Shown piece after piece: positions 26,282 through 39,497 of a DNA stretch of 64,000 nucleotides. Every line of letters begins with the position of its first letter. Position 1 is the first letter of the stretch. Both the position numbers and the translations under genes were made by a program. Under the pieces are notes generated by a model. That model did not search any database. It was not told the origin of the DNA and was given only the letters and a program-made list of their open reading frames with translations. Source of the DNA: Octopus vulgaris (lineage: Eukaryota); assembly GCA_951406725.2 (NCBI GenBank), contig OX597816.1, positions 11,222,001 through 11,286,000 of the forward strand, written 5' to 3'.

Positions 26282-26722
26282 GTTAGTTAGTTAGTTAGTT
26301 AGTTAATTTGGCTCAAAAGCAAATAGCAAGGCCATGTAGGGGGACATGGCGTTAAGTACAGGGTGGTGTTCATGTAAAGAGTTCAGGCCACTTGAGGTTA
26401 AGGGAGGCTTTGAACAAAGCGGTCGTCAGCATCTTCACCATCTCGTCTGGCAGCTTGTTCCACGGATCCGCAACCCAGACGGAGAAAGCTCCTCTCCTTC
26501 GATTGAGATGAAATCATCGCAGGTAGAGCTTTTCGGAATGACCCCCGCAGCCGACGCTCTGGAGCAGGAGTGAAGAACAGCTCTTTCGAGAGGTTACACT
26601 TTCCGCTTATGATGTTGTGGGCGAGAATGAGATCACCACGGCGGTGGCGTTTTTCTAGAGAATAAAGGTCGAGTGTCCTCAGCCTTTCTTCATAGGACAA
26701 ATTTTTGAGACCATGAACCATG
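26282..26722 (-). mobile_element. CR1-clade LINE 3' fragment, second copy of the 18690-19243 family
   Basis: Near-identical reverse complement including the (AACT)n tail. One frameshift. Confidence 0.92.
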
Positions 26723-27036
26723 TATATATATGCATACACACATATATGTATATATATGCATACACATACACACACAGTCATAAATTACAGAGAAATAGTT
26801 TGATGAAATTTCATTTAACAATAAGTAAATTCAAATTTTATGACAATTTGTTTCATAATTTAAAAACATAAATATATTATACGCTCCCTATCATTTTCTC
26901 TTATATTGAACTATATATTCTATATGTCTTGTAGAATGATGCTTTGAGGCACCTTTTTCATGGGTTCCACAGGATTCTTTAAATCCATATATTGCAACTT
27001 AAATATGTATGTATAATATATTTATATGTATATATA

Positions 27037-27200
27037 TATTTCTTTACTACCCACAAGGGGCTAAACACAGAGGGGACAAACAAGGACAGATAAACGGATT
27101 AAGTCGATTATATCGACCCCAGTGCGCAACTGGTACTTAATTTATCGACCCCGAAAGGATGAAAGGCAAAGTCGACCTCGGCGGAATTTGAACCCAGAAT
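27037..27200 (-). mobile_element. SINE-B 3' portion
   Basis: Consensus body and tail, ending at a (TA)n tract. Confidence 0.85.
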
Positions 27201-27201
27201 G

Positions 27202-27244
<43 letters not shown>

Positions 27245-27248
<4 letters not shown>

Positions 27249-27690
27249 GCAGAATGACCTGCTGTGCTTACCTTGGATCATAGGGTGACCTGCTGTGCTT
27301 GAGGAGACTTATTATTGAGTCAAGTACATCAACATCAAAATAAATATCAAATGGAAATTGTAGTTGTGATACCTGTGCCGGAGGCATGCAAAAAACATCA
27401 TCCGAACGTGGCCGATGCCAGTGCAGCCTCGACTGGCTTCTGTGCCGTTGGCATGTAAAAGGCACCAACCGATCGTGGCCACTGCCAGCCTCCAATGGCA
27501 CCTGTTCTGGTGGCACATAAAAAGCACCCACTACACTCTAGGACTGAGTGGTGTTAGGGAGGGCATCCAGCTGTAGAAACACTGCCAGATCAAGACTGGA
27601 GCCTGGTGCAGCCTTCTGGCTTCCCAGATCCTCGGTCGAACCGTCCAACTCTTGCTAGCATGGAAAGCGGATGTTAAACAATGATGATAA
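27245..27690 (+). mobile_element. Family C long copy with internal tandem subrepeats
   Basis: Repeated ggcatgtaaaa..gcacc units, then ggagggcatccagctgtag and a (GAT)n tail. Confidence 0.8.
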
Positions 27691-28381
27691 TGTTGATATA
27701 TATGTATATGATGTTGGTACCACTTAAAAAGCATTGGTGATGGTGTTGCATACAACAAACTTGTGACAGTGCTACATACAAAGCTTCAGTGATGGTTCTG
27801 CAGCAGAAGTATGCTCATCATTCAGCCGTTTAGCCTTTAATACCTCAATATTGGCTCACACAATGTATTTTCTACAAGTGGTCACATGATGGTTGAGACT
27901 TTCTGGCATTATGCAGGCTATCCACACCATCACGTGACAAACCAGCCTAGCATGGACAAATTATATTTGCTCCCTGGAGCCCACCATCAGCTATAAAAAG
28001 AGGAATCTTTCCCATTATTCTTAAGTGTGGTGGGAAGGCATGGTTGAGTTCAGATCTCAATATGGAAAGCAGAGAGTTATTCAGTAGAGTGCTTTGATGC
28101 ATCGTTGTGTTCCATCAAGCAGACATCACCAAGTTCCAACGGCATGAGAAACCAATATGTATATCTTCTGACAGAATCATTCAAGATGTACCGTTTTCTT
28201 TTTGCTTTAATTTCATTTAGGTGTTTGAATAAAGTGTGGCAGTTAATTACAACTTTTGTTCTCATATTTCTTTTCATTGTTATGCCTGACTCTTTTGGAA
28301 TCAAGAAATCATAATGTTACCAGGGCCAGAGCCATGCTGCTCAGCCCCCTAAAGTGCCACATACAAAGCACTGATAATAAT

Positions 28382-28835
28382 CATTTCTATTCTAGGCAGA
28401 AGGCCTTGAAAATTTAGGTGGGGGGAAGGGGGATAGTTGATTAAATCGATGCCAATGCGTAACTGGTTTTATTTCATTGACCCCGAAAGAATGAAAAGCA
28501 AAGTCAACCTCGGTGGAATTTGAATTCAGAATGCAGTAACAGGCGAAATGCCAGTAAGCAATTCATCCAGCACACTAACGATTCTGCCAGCTCACCCACT
28601 TTGATAATAATAATAGTAATAATAATAATAATAATAATCTTTTCTACTATAGGCACAAGGCCTGAAATTTGAGGGACAGGACTAGCCAATTACATCGACC
28701 CCATTGTTTCACTGGTTCTTAATTTATCAACCCTGAAAGGACGAAAGGCAGAATTTGAACTCAGAATGTAGCGACAGATGAAATACCGCTAAGCATTTCG
28801 CTCAGGCTGCTAACGATTCTGGCAGCTCGCTGCCT
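28382..28835 (-). mobile_element. Head-to-tail SINE-B dimer joined by (AAT)n
   Basis: Two head-bearing copies. caaagcactgataataat is duplicated at 28364-28381 and 28836-28853. Confidence 0.8.
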
Positions 28836-29769
28836 CAAAGCACTGATAATAATGCCATGTACAAAACACTGGTGATGGTGCTATGTAAAAGCACCCAGTA
28901 CTCTGTAAATTGGGTGGTGGTAGGAATGGCATCTAGTTGTAGAAACCAAACCGAACCAGACTTTGGATCCTGGCTCCTGACAAGCCATCCAAAACATTCC
29001 AACATAGAAAATGGACATTAAAGGATGATGCTGATGATGATGATGATGATATGTTTGTCTGTCTGTATGTACGTACGTATATATGTATGTGTATGTGTAT
29101 GTATAAAGGGCTTGTGTGTGATAGCAATTTTCACAACTTGAATCTTACATGCAAATGTATGGAACACAGTACAGAATTTATAGATATTTTCACATAAAAA
29201 ATTTCAATAAATTTGATGGAAATGGGTAAGATTTATTTATGTGCAACGACTTTAGTCATTTTGGCCCACATTTAGATTGTGGTAGCAAATTAAATTTTCT
29301 GTTTTGGAGTTGAAAAAGCTTTTAAATAAATGTAGCAAGGGAATAAAATATTCTATAAATAGTATTTTATTTTATTGTAAGTAAACTAGGACTATGTAAG
29401 AATTTAGTTTTGTTACTTATATTGCTACTTCGAACCTACAATTCATTAGAGTTGTTACTTAAAAGTTGGAATTGGCAAGCACCTATCTGTATAAGATGCT
29501 GTCTTGTAAAGGAATATATGTATGTGTGTGCTTACTTGTATGTGTTAATTATTACTTAAATGTGTTGTCATAAGTGGTTGGAAAAGGTTTTATAGAATTC
29601 TGAATATAATCGTTTGTTAATGGGTAGTAAAGATCTGCAAAGTTTTATGTCTTAAGAACAAGCAATGCTTAGAATAAACTGAGCAGAAGAGAATAAATCG
29701 AAAGTTAAAACCAAAACTCCCATATACAGCCTACAAACAAAATATAACTCCATGTACCAAAGGATAAGA

Positions 29770-30549
29770 CAGTGAGCTGGCAGAACTGTTAGTGCACTGG
29801 GCTAAATGCTCAGTGGCATTTTGTCAATCTTTATGTCTTGGGTTCCAATTCCACTGAGGTCAGCTTTGCCTGTCATCTTTTCAGGGCTGATAAAATAAGT
29901 ACCAGTTGGGCACAGGGGTAGATGTAATTGAGTAGACCCCATCCCCCAAACTTGCTGGCCTTGTGCCAAAATTTGAAACCGGATCATACACACACACACA
30001 GACATGCACAAACATATGCATACAGACACACAGACACATATAAACCACATACGCATGCACACACACACACACATATAATGTAGAAGAAAGAACAAAGTTG
30101 TTACATTACTACAAGATCTGAATGTCATATCTTCTGTAAACAATACAGGTGTGATACACTCTACACCAAGGTGTCCGCATAATTATGACCATCCAAATTA
30201 GAAGTCTTAACCTAAATAACAAGATTACTCATACCAGTGGACTTTCAATGGAGATCTCCCTCCACACAGTATCAAGGTATAGAAGTATGTCTATTTAATA
30301 CAGAAGGCAGAAAAATGTTGTAATATTTACTCTACATGATGGTGGAGAGCTGGCAAAATGCTGAGCAGCATTTTGTCTGTCCTTATGTTCCGAGTTCAAA
30401 TTCCGCCAAGGTCGACTTTGCCTTCCTTCCTTTCGGGGTCGATGAAATAAGTACCAGTTGAACACTGGGGGTCGATGTAAATGACTGGTTCCCCTCCTTT
30501 GAACTTACTGGCCTTCAACAAAAATTTGAAACCAATATTATTCAACATT

Positions 30550-30587
<38 letters not shown>

Positions 30588-30715
30588 TTAATGTCCGCTT
30601 TCCATGCTAGCATGGGTTGGATGATTTGGCTGAAGACTGGCGAGCCAGATGGCTGCACCAATCTGATCAGGCCGAGTTTCTACAGCTGGATGCCCTTCCT
30701 AATGCCAACCACTCG
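29770..30715. mobile_element. Cluster: SINE-B (29770-29980 +, 30340-30535 +) and family C (30550-30715 -)
   Basis: Consensus motifs. Confidence 0.75.
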
Positions 30716-31284
30716 CTTGAAAAATAAAACCTTCAGTCAACACTCACAGAGGGGTGTGATTTGATAGCATATAATTGCTTCAGGTGCACCCTGCCTTCCC
30801 ACTGTTGACTGAGCAGATTATCAAGGATGTGAGATTGGGGAAGTGGAAGAGAGCTGCACCAACACACAGCCATGACTGATCGGAAATACCTGGTCCAGAA
30901 AGTGAACAGACAACGATATGGCCGTCAGTTAAACAGCTAAACTACTAGGGTACACACTTCAAGATCTACATATAAAATGCATAGTGCATACACAGATGTT
31001 CATATATTTAACATAACCACTAAGCAATGTGTCTTTACTATACACACACATATTTATGCTTGTTTTTATGTTCAGTAATAATAAAACCAATTTTTCATTA
31101 ATCTGATGGGTTACTCTATATTTTGTAGAGTACAAATTTATTATTCTTTAACAAAAATTTCATTGACAGTGGCTTTGAAATTTCCATTATGTAAGCCATC
31201 GTTGGAGTGCCTGTATACATACATACATACATACATACATACATACATACATACATACATAAATACATACATACATACATACAT

Positions 31285-31530
31285 ACGGCTTCCGTGTCGG
31301 TGGCACGTAAAGCACCATCCGAATCGTCGAACAGTGCCGCCTCGACTGGCTTCCGTGCAGGTGGCACAAATGCACCAATCTGACCGTGGCCAATGCCAGC
31401 CTCGCCTGGCACCAGTGCAGGTGGCACGAAGCACCCACTACACTCACGGAGTGGTTGCGTTAGGAAGGGCATCCAGCTGTAGAAACATTGCCAGATAAGA
31501 CCGAGCCTGGTGCAGACTAGCATGGAGAAA
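31285..31530 (+). mobile_element. Family C copy
   Basis: ggtggcacgtaaagcacc subrepeats plus ttaggaagggcatccagctgtag. Confidence 0.8.
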
Positions 31531-32469
31531 GGAATGATGATATGATGATACTGAGTAGAAAGGAAGTCAAATACAATATTTCATGATTGTTTTAGTATAT
31601 AAAATCTCACGTATTTAACTTACTTTAAAGTTTCTAAGTGTAAAACTCATGTAGAGGTTTACATAAGCTCAATTCTTTAATATACATGATGATACTTGCA
31701 TGTGTAAAACCTATCTTAACACATTTTTATATACCAGAAAAATACACCTGTGTACTGGGTAAACATAAAAGAACATCTGTGCATCCAAAATATTTCATTA
31801 CGAACTAAACGAATATATAATTATCTCCGTTTTATGTTAGCAAAGTTATTATTATTACGTTAGATGGTATTAAATAGACTGATGCTTTCATATAATTAAA
31901 TAATATATTTCTTTGTAGTTATTTTCGTTAGAAAATTTTCTAAAAGGTTTTACAGGTTTCCACATGAATCACATTTATGCTTACACAAATACTTTTACAA
32001 ATGCAATTGGTAGGATTTCACTGTATTGTGAGTAAACGAGTATATATATATACTTGGTGATAATCTGTTTAAAAACAGTTTTTTGCAGTTAACACCAATG
32101 CTGAAATATATACATTTTGAAATATGTGTTACCAAAAAGTAGGTATATGTGAAAATAATATATGAATGTGTTAGCCTTTCAATTCTGAAATAGTCTGAGA
32201 GTTTGGTGTTTGTAATAAGTTGCAGTATATTACTCTGAAAAACTTCCGGTTTCTGTAGGGCAGCAGATGTCCAGCTGACACTTTGTAGTCCAGATAAAAC
32301 TACTGGGAAAACCATAGGTGTTGGGGATACTTGATTTTACATGGTATGGGATCTGTTTTGAAGTAAGTGCAGTTTTGTACTTATCAAAGGCTGTCCAACC
32401 AAAACCGATTCCATGATTCACAGCTATCATTCCATCAAAGACAAATAACCAAATTACCACCAATCAGCA

Positions 32470-32690
32470 TTGTCTTCAAAAATTGGTGCTCAAGCTGCTT
32501 GGCCACATGAAGCTGAATCATTTGTGATGTCAGCAAGATGTGTTTGGAAGGTATGATTAATGGAAAGAGAAACGGAAGTGGGAAACCTAAGAGATGGATC
32601 AATAGCATCACAAGACGGATAGGTCTTGACATGATTTCCTGAATGCTCCTGCCAAAGTTTGAATACTATGGAGGCAACTGGCTCATGCTA
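32470..32690 (+). pseudogene. Decayed RTE-clade LINE C-terminus
   Basis: LKLLGHM...CLEGMINGKR...PKRWINSI resembles the RTE GH...EG...GKR.RGRP..RW motif. Confidence 0.55.
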
Positions 32691-32829
32691 GTGCAGATTC
32701 TGTTGGCAGTAGAGATAGTGGGATTTGGTGATATTAGTCCTTGTAGATGGCTTAGGAGCACTGATAGGTTTGCATATTACATAAAAGATATTCAAATAAC
32801 ATAAACACTGGATTTGAATAATAACCACC

Positions 32830-33140
32830 ATCCAAACGTGGCTACACCATCCAAACATGGCTGATACCAGTGCTGCCTGACTGGCATCCGTGTTGGTGAC
32901 AAGTAAAATGTACCAACTGATCGTGGCCATTTGCCAGCCTCCTCTGGCAACTGTGCCAGTGGCATGTAAAAAGTACCCACTACACTCACGGAGTGGTTGG
33001 CGTTAGGAAGGGCATCCAGCTATAGAAGCACTGCCAGATCAGCCAGGAGCCAGGTGCAGCCTCCTGGCTTCCCAGACCCTGGTCGAAGTGTCCAACCCAT
33101 GCTAGCATGGAAAACAGACGTTAAACGATGATGATTATGA
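32830..33140 (+). mobile_element. Family C copy
   Basis: Consensus match. Confidence 0.8.
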
Positions 33141-33269
33141 TATCTGTAAATGAAAACTATAAGACATAAAACCTTGTCTTAAGGTGATGGCAGGAAAGGA
33201 AATTGAATATGAAATATGTAGGAATTTAAGGAATTTAAGGTGTGCAAGATGAGGGTTATCTACAAAGGA

Positions 33270-33709
33270 AATTTATAATGAGTTTATAGTATTTCATATA
33301 ATATGCAATGCACCCAATGTCTGTAAAAAGGTGGTAGTTCATTAATGTTTAAAAAATAACGTTTGTTTCGAAAATAAATTTCATAATTTCCGTGGTACAA
33401 AGGTGGCATGGTTTTTTCTTTTATTTATATTGATAGTAGAGTGTGTGATAAAGTTTTCCAAAATATGATTTGTAGGATGTTAGTTTTTTTAAAAATCATA
33501 TGTGTGTGATGCATTTGGTTTCTTATTTATCACACACTCTATCATCAATATAAATAAAAGAAAAAACCATGCCAGCTTTGTACCACGGAAATTATGAAAT
33601 ATATTTTCAAAGCAAACGTTATTTTTTAAAACATTAATGAACTACCATCTTTTTACAGACATTGGGTACTTTGCATATTATATGAAATACTAAAAACTCA
33701 TTATAAATT
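33270..33709. mobile_element. Fold-back element/MITE with about 183-bp inverted arms (33270-33452, 33526-33709)
   Basis: The arms are reverse complements with scattered mismatches around a 73-bp spacer. Confidence 0.85.
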
Positions 33710-33789
33710 AATTTTGTGCTGAATAAATCGATTTTAAAGGAATCGGCAGTCATTCGTATATATGAGAGATAAAATGATTTGTTGGAGTT

Positions 33790-34100
33790 AAGCACAATCC
33801 GGCTCATGGCCGATGCCAGCGCCGCCTCAACTGGATTCCGTGCCGGTGGCACGTAAAATGCACCAATCCGACCGTGGCCGTTGCCAGCCTCGCCTGGCAC
33901 CTGTGCAGGTGGCATGTAAAAAGCACCCACTACGCTCACGGAGTGGTTGGCGTTAGGAAGGGCATCCAGCTGTAGAAACATTGCCAGATAAGACTGGAGC
34001 CTGGTGCAGCCTTCTGGCTTCCCAGATCCCCAGTCGAACCGTCCAACCCATGCTAGCATGGAGAACGGACGTTAAACGATGACGATGACGACAACGATGT
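33790..34100 (+). mobile_element. Family C copy, CpG-rich (young)
   Basis: Cleanest copy in the window. Confidence 0.85.
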
Positions 34101-34451
34101 TTGCAATATATCAGTTTATTATCTAGGAATTCTCATTTCAATGGGAATGAGTTCATGCAAGTGTAATAGCAATTAAGTATACTTTGGTTTGCCTAATGGA
34201 AACTGAACTTAGTGTGGATAATTATTAAAATTGGCTGTAAAAGGTTGGAAGTACTTGATAAACATATTTTAATGACATTTTGGTTTAGATTTCTACTGCA
34301 TTGATTAGTTAGAAGGGAAGCTCCTCAGTAAAACTTTCAAACATTGTAGTTATGAGAGTTATGATCCATAGATCTATAGACTACATTCTTCTATCCATTT
34401 TCTCTGTTCAGCTGGAGGTTACAGATGCTTTAATAACATTTTCTTCATTCA

Positions 34452-34854
34452 TAGGTGCAGGAGTGGCTGTGTGGTAAGTAGCTTGCTTACAAACCACATG
34501 GTTCCAGGTTCAGTCCCACTGCATGGCAGCTTGGGCAAGTGTCTTCTACTGAAGCCTCAGGCCAACCAAAGTGTTGTGAGTGGATTTGACTGGCGGAAAC
34601 TGAAAGAAGCCCGTTATATATATGTATATATATGTGTGTGTGTTTGTGTGTCTGTGTTTGTCCCCCCAACATCGCTCGGCAACCAATGCTAGTGTGTTTA
34701 TGTCCGTGTAACTTAGCAGTTTGGCAAAAGGGACTGATAGAATAAGTACTAGGCTTACAAAGATTAAGTCCTGGGGTTGATTTGCTTGACTAAAGGTGAT
34801 GCTCCAGCATGGCCGCAGTCAAATGACTGAAACAAGTAAAAGAGTAAAGAGAGT
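34452..34854 (+). mobile_element. SINE-A full-length copy
   Basis: Head ggtgcaggagtggctgtgtggtaag...ggttcagtcccac, CORE-like cttgggcaagtgtctt, internal microsatellite, tail ...ctgaaacaagtaaaagagt. Confidence 0.88.
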
Positions 34855-35066
34855 ATTAAATCCACTCCTTTTTAGAGTTTCATTGCAGATTTCAGATTCT
34901 CCATAAACATTTGTTCATTTAATGATGATTTTGAGAATTTGATTTTCAAGTGGTCAGAAAATTTGTGTATATACACAATTTTTTTTCTATATGCTTTTTA
35001 TAGCAGTAATGCATTGATTTACACATAATTAAAAGACAATGTACAAAAAAATTAATTATGCTTTAG

Positions 35067-35126
35067 ATGAATTCCATTATATTTGCCCAGTATAAATCTT
35101 TTAAAACATTTGAGGAATTAGAATCT
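35067..35126 (+). CDS. Candidate exon MNSIIFAQYKSFKTFEELES, gene unknown
   Basis: tgctttag acceptor, 60 nt open in phase 0, perfect gtaagt donor. Phase-compatible with 37036-37225. Confidence 0.35.
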
Positions 35127-35282
35127 GTAAGTATGTTATATTTGAAACTTTTAAGAACAACAAGCCCTTCATTTCTATAAAGACCACAGGATATGAATAT
35201 GTACCTTCTGTATAATAACTTTAACAGAAAGTCCCTCAAAGTCATTCACTTCTGCAAAGTCTGTTCCCATGCTCTCATTTAA

Positions 35283-35739
35283 CCCTTTCGTTACTGTATT
35301 TATTTTGAGATACTCTATATTTTTTTCAATTACTTTAAATGTAACAAAGAATTTAGTAAAATAACTTAGTTATCATTAAACTAGTGTTAGGAACCTAAAT
35401 TGCGACTAAAGTTTGGTGGAAGATTTTAATTCAAAACTTATGAAAACAAGATATTTGTACTCAGAGCCAGAGCTGGTTTCAGCTGGGTTTGTTACAAAAG
35501 AGTTACAAATATCATGGTGACTTTAACCCTTTTGTTACCATATTTCTGTTGAGATGCCCTGTTTTTTTCAATTAATCTTAAATATAACAAATGTAAAATA
35601 ACTTAGTTATCATTAAGCTAGTGTTAGGAACATGAATGGTGACTAAGGTTGGGTGGAAGATTTTAATTCAGAACTTATGAAGACAAGACATTTGTACTCA
35701 GAGCCAGAACCGGTTTTAGCCGAGTTGGTAACAAAAGGG
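35283..35739. mobile_element. Two adjacent piggyBac-like MITEs (35283-35502, 35527-35739)
   Basis: Same family as 9770-9989 in the opposite orientation. The second has TTAA at both ends. Confidence 0.85.
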
Positions 35740-36041
35740 TTAAAGAGTTCAGTTTCAGGGCTTTAACTTCCAGTCTATTCTCGTATGATATGACTTTTTT
35801 TTTATATTCTTTGTAAGATTTAAAAATCTGACATGTTCTACCACCAATACTTATAGTGTTAAATCACCATGATGAGAATTCTATGGAATACAGGCTACTT
35901 TCTTATAAACATGCATTAATAGTAATTATCATACAGAAACAAATGTGCACACAAAGAATCACAATGAAAGCAGGGTGACAAACTCCTCGTAATATATATT
36001 TACATATACACACATATGCACACAAATATATATATATATTC

Positions 36042-36757
36042 TTTTATTCTTCTATTCTTTTACTTGTCTCAGTCATTTTTACTGTAGCCATGCTGGGGCA
36101 CCATCTCAAAGGGATTTTGAGTCAAAGAAATTAACCTCAGGATTTATTCTTTCTAAGCCTAGTACTTATTTTATCAGACCTTTTGCCGAACTACTAAGTT
36201 ACAGAGGATGTAAACAAACCAACATTGGTTGTCAGCTGATGGTGGGGGACAAACACAAAGACACACACATACACATAAACACACACACACACACACACAC
36301 ACATTCAGACACACATACACATACATATATAAACATATAAATACAACAGGCTTCTTTCAATTTCCATCCACGAAATCCACTCACATGGCTTTGGCCAGTG
36401 TGAGGCTATAGTAGAAGACACTTGCCCAAGGTGCCAAGCAGTGGGACTGAACCCAGAACCATGTGGTTGGGAAGTGAGCTTCTTATTTCTTTATTGCCCG
36501 CAAGGGGCTAAACATAGAGGGGACAAACAAGAACAGACAAACGGATTAAGTCGATTACATCAACCCCATTTGGCCATGGCCATGCTGATACTTAATTTAT
36601 CAACCCTGAAAGGATGAAAGGCAAAGTTGACTTTGGCAGAATTTGAACTCAGAACATAATGGCTGACAAAATACCACTAAGCATTTCGCCCGGCATGCTA
36701 ACATATTTGCCAGCTCATTTCTGCAAGCTTCTTACCACACAGCCATACCTGCACCTA
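36042..36757 (-). mobile_element. SINE-A with a SINE-B (36484-36717) nested in its head
   Basis: agcttctt is duplicated around the insert. Confidence 0.8.
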
Positions 36758-37035
36758 TATAGTCACGCCTGTGCCTATATCATCACGCGTACACCTATAC
36801 AGCCACAGCTGCACATACACATATATATTTAAAATGTGTGTATATATATATATACACACTAATATGTATGTATTACATTACACATACATATAAGCCTATA
36901 CATTCTATATATATATATCATACTGAACATTGATAAATGTTCCCAGGAGAGATATGCAAATAAATTATACATAGTAACCAAGCTATCATCAGCAGACTTT
37001 GAGAAGGGAGTACAAGAATCACATTACTTTTATAG

Positions 37036-37225
37036 ATTATGGTGTTAACACAAAGTAAATATACAAAGTATCAAATACAAGCAGAAGATATGAAGATCAG
37101 TTTCAAATTTGTAAATCGTCATATAAGCTGTCTTTCGGTAAAACCTTATATGAAAAGCACTCAGCAGTCAGAATTTGACCTCAAATATTGGAGCTCAGAA
37201 AGAGGCTATTTTAGTAGTTATGAAA
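37036..37225 (+). CDS. Candidate exon IMVLTQSKYTKYQIQAEDMKISFKFVNRHISCLSVKPYMKSTQQSEFDLKYWSSERGYFSSYE, gene unknown
   Basis: cttttatag acceptor, 190 nt open in AT-rich DNA, gtaaat donor, ordinary amino-acid composition. No family recognised. Confidence 0.4.
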
Positions 37226-37456
37226 GTAAATATTTCATTAATATAATGAGAACTTTCCTGCTTACAAAATATTCGATTTCCACGTAATAAAATAATGTAT
37301 AAAATAGTGAACGAAAACAAATAATGCTAGCTCTATATATTAAAATAAACACATACATATTCTATAAATTTTCCCTAGAGATTGCACCATGTTTCTAGCA
37401 GAGATGTGTAAATAAACTGAACATACACATCAGGCCATTAACAACAGGTAAGATAT

Positions 37457-37497
<41 letters not shown>

Positions 37498-38649
37498 CAC
37501 ACACATATATATATATATTTATGTGTATGTATATGTATATGTGTTTTTATATTTATATTTGTATAAAGATGTATATATATATATATATATATAAATACAT
37601 GCATGTATGCATATATAAGTATAAGAATGTATATATATATATATATATATAATGGAAAGCGGACGTTGAATGATGATGATGATGATATATATATATATAT
37701 ATTTCTATACAGATGTGTGTTTATATATACATACATTACTTATATATATTCATAATATAAACGCATACATATATATTGATGGATGGACAGATATATATCT
37801 ATGTACACATATTTGCTTATACATATATCTCTGTGTGTGTTCGTACGCATATACATTTCTTCTAATGTCTACCTACACACATACACATCCATATATAAGC
37901 ATGCATATGCATATATGATATACAAGCATACACATTGCTTGTATTATGTATGTATCCTTGTTTGTTGGATGTAGCGTGGCAAAGAGTGTGTCCCCCAAAT
38001 ATTCAATTCCTTAACACTACAAATGAAAGCTGTGTGTTTAATATACTATGTCAAGCAAATTTCATTCACAACTCTATTGATAGAATATATGTATTCATTT
38101 CTAGATAAATAGCTAAGACAAAAGATTCGTTTACCTTCAGTATAACTATAAACACTAGATAAATGAGTTATTAAATTGAATTTTCCTCCACTTTTACCAT
38201 CTTTCTGTTTGAATGCCAAATGTTATCTAGTTTAATGTTAATGTATTTCGTAAAATATATTAAATATATCATGAGTATATGCTGTGTAGTTGTTTTTGTT
38301 TTGTGACATGTGTACGAACCGAACCGTAGTAACAAGGAGAAATCGATGATGACAATGATGATAAGAGAAAGATGAGGAGGTGGGCGAGAGATGGAGAACC
38401 ATGGTGAGAATCTTGAAGATCATGATAATCTTGATAATAAACTTTGGTGATTTTAATAGCTCTTCAGAGCATAAGTCTTTCCTTCAAATGGTTGTCCTCT
38501 AGCAATTAGGCTTTTTGGTATGTGCCCTGAAGTCACAGACAAGGCCTTCATCTTCATGTGCTCATCAGGCACAGCTCCTGCATAGCACAGTGGTGATAGC
38601 AAATCAAGAGTCTGTGACCATCACTTTTCTGTAATCCCAAATATAAATC

Positions 38650-39060
38650 TCTTTTACTCTTTTACTTGTTTCAGTCATTTGACTGCGGCCATGCTGGAGA
38701 ACTGCCTTTAGTCGAGCAAATCGACCCTGGGACTTATTCTTTATAAGCCCAGTACTTATTCTATCAGTCTCTTTTGCCTAACTGTTAAGTGACGGGGACG
38801 TAAACACTCCAGCATCGGTTGTCAAGCAATGCTAGAGGGACAAACACAGACAAACATATACACATACATACATACATACATATATATACATATATACGAC
38901 AGGCTTCTTTCAGTTTCCGTCTACCAAATCCACTCACAAGGCTTTGGTCGGCCTGAGGCTATAGCAGAAGACACTTGCCCAAGATGCCACGCAGTGGGAC
39001 TGAACCCGGAACCATGTGGTTGGTTAGCAAGCTACTTACCACACAGCCACTCCTGCGCCT
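38650..39060 (-). mobile_element. SINE-A full-length young copy
   Basis: Consensus match end to end. Confidence 0.88.
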
Positions 39061-39196
39061 ATATATATATATATATGTAAGGGAATTTTTAATGGCGACA
39101 ATACTCCATATATAGTACAACTGATTTTTACTCATTTATGAGCTAAGAAATAATAAAAGTTTTTGTAGAAGATAAAAATTTCATTTGTCAGTACTT

Positions 39197-39252
<56 letters not shown>

Positions 39253-39253
39253 A

Positions 39254-39497
39254 TTAAATAAAATGAGACAACAAAGCCAAGGCTGAGTGGAATTTTCAGG
39301 ACATTTATAAAGAGAAAGATAGTATTACAGCAGTTTCTGTGATATTAGGGATATCCTGACATCAGAAATGATGTGAGATGGTTAAATGGTGGAAGGATAT
39401 CCCTAATATCCCAGAAACAGCTGTAAGACTAACTTTCTCTTTATAAATGTCCTGAGAATTCCACACAGCCTTGGCTTTGTTGTCTCATTTTATTTAA
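39254..39497. repeat. 104-bp inverted repeat (39254-39357, 39394-39497) made of a hammerhead-like Penelope-type sequence
   Basis: The arms contain gggatatccctaatatccc-a-GAAA-cagctg-TA. Homologous to 60727-60840. Confidence 0.85.
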
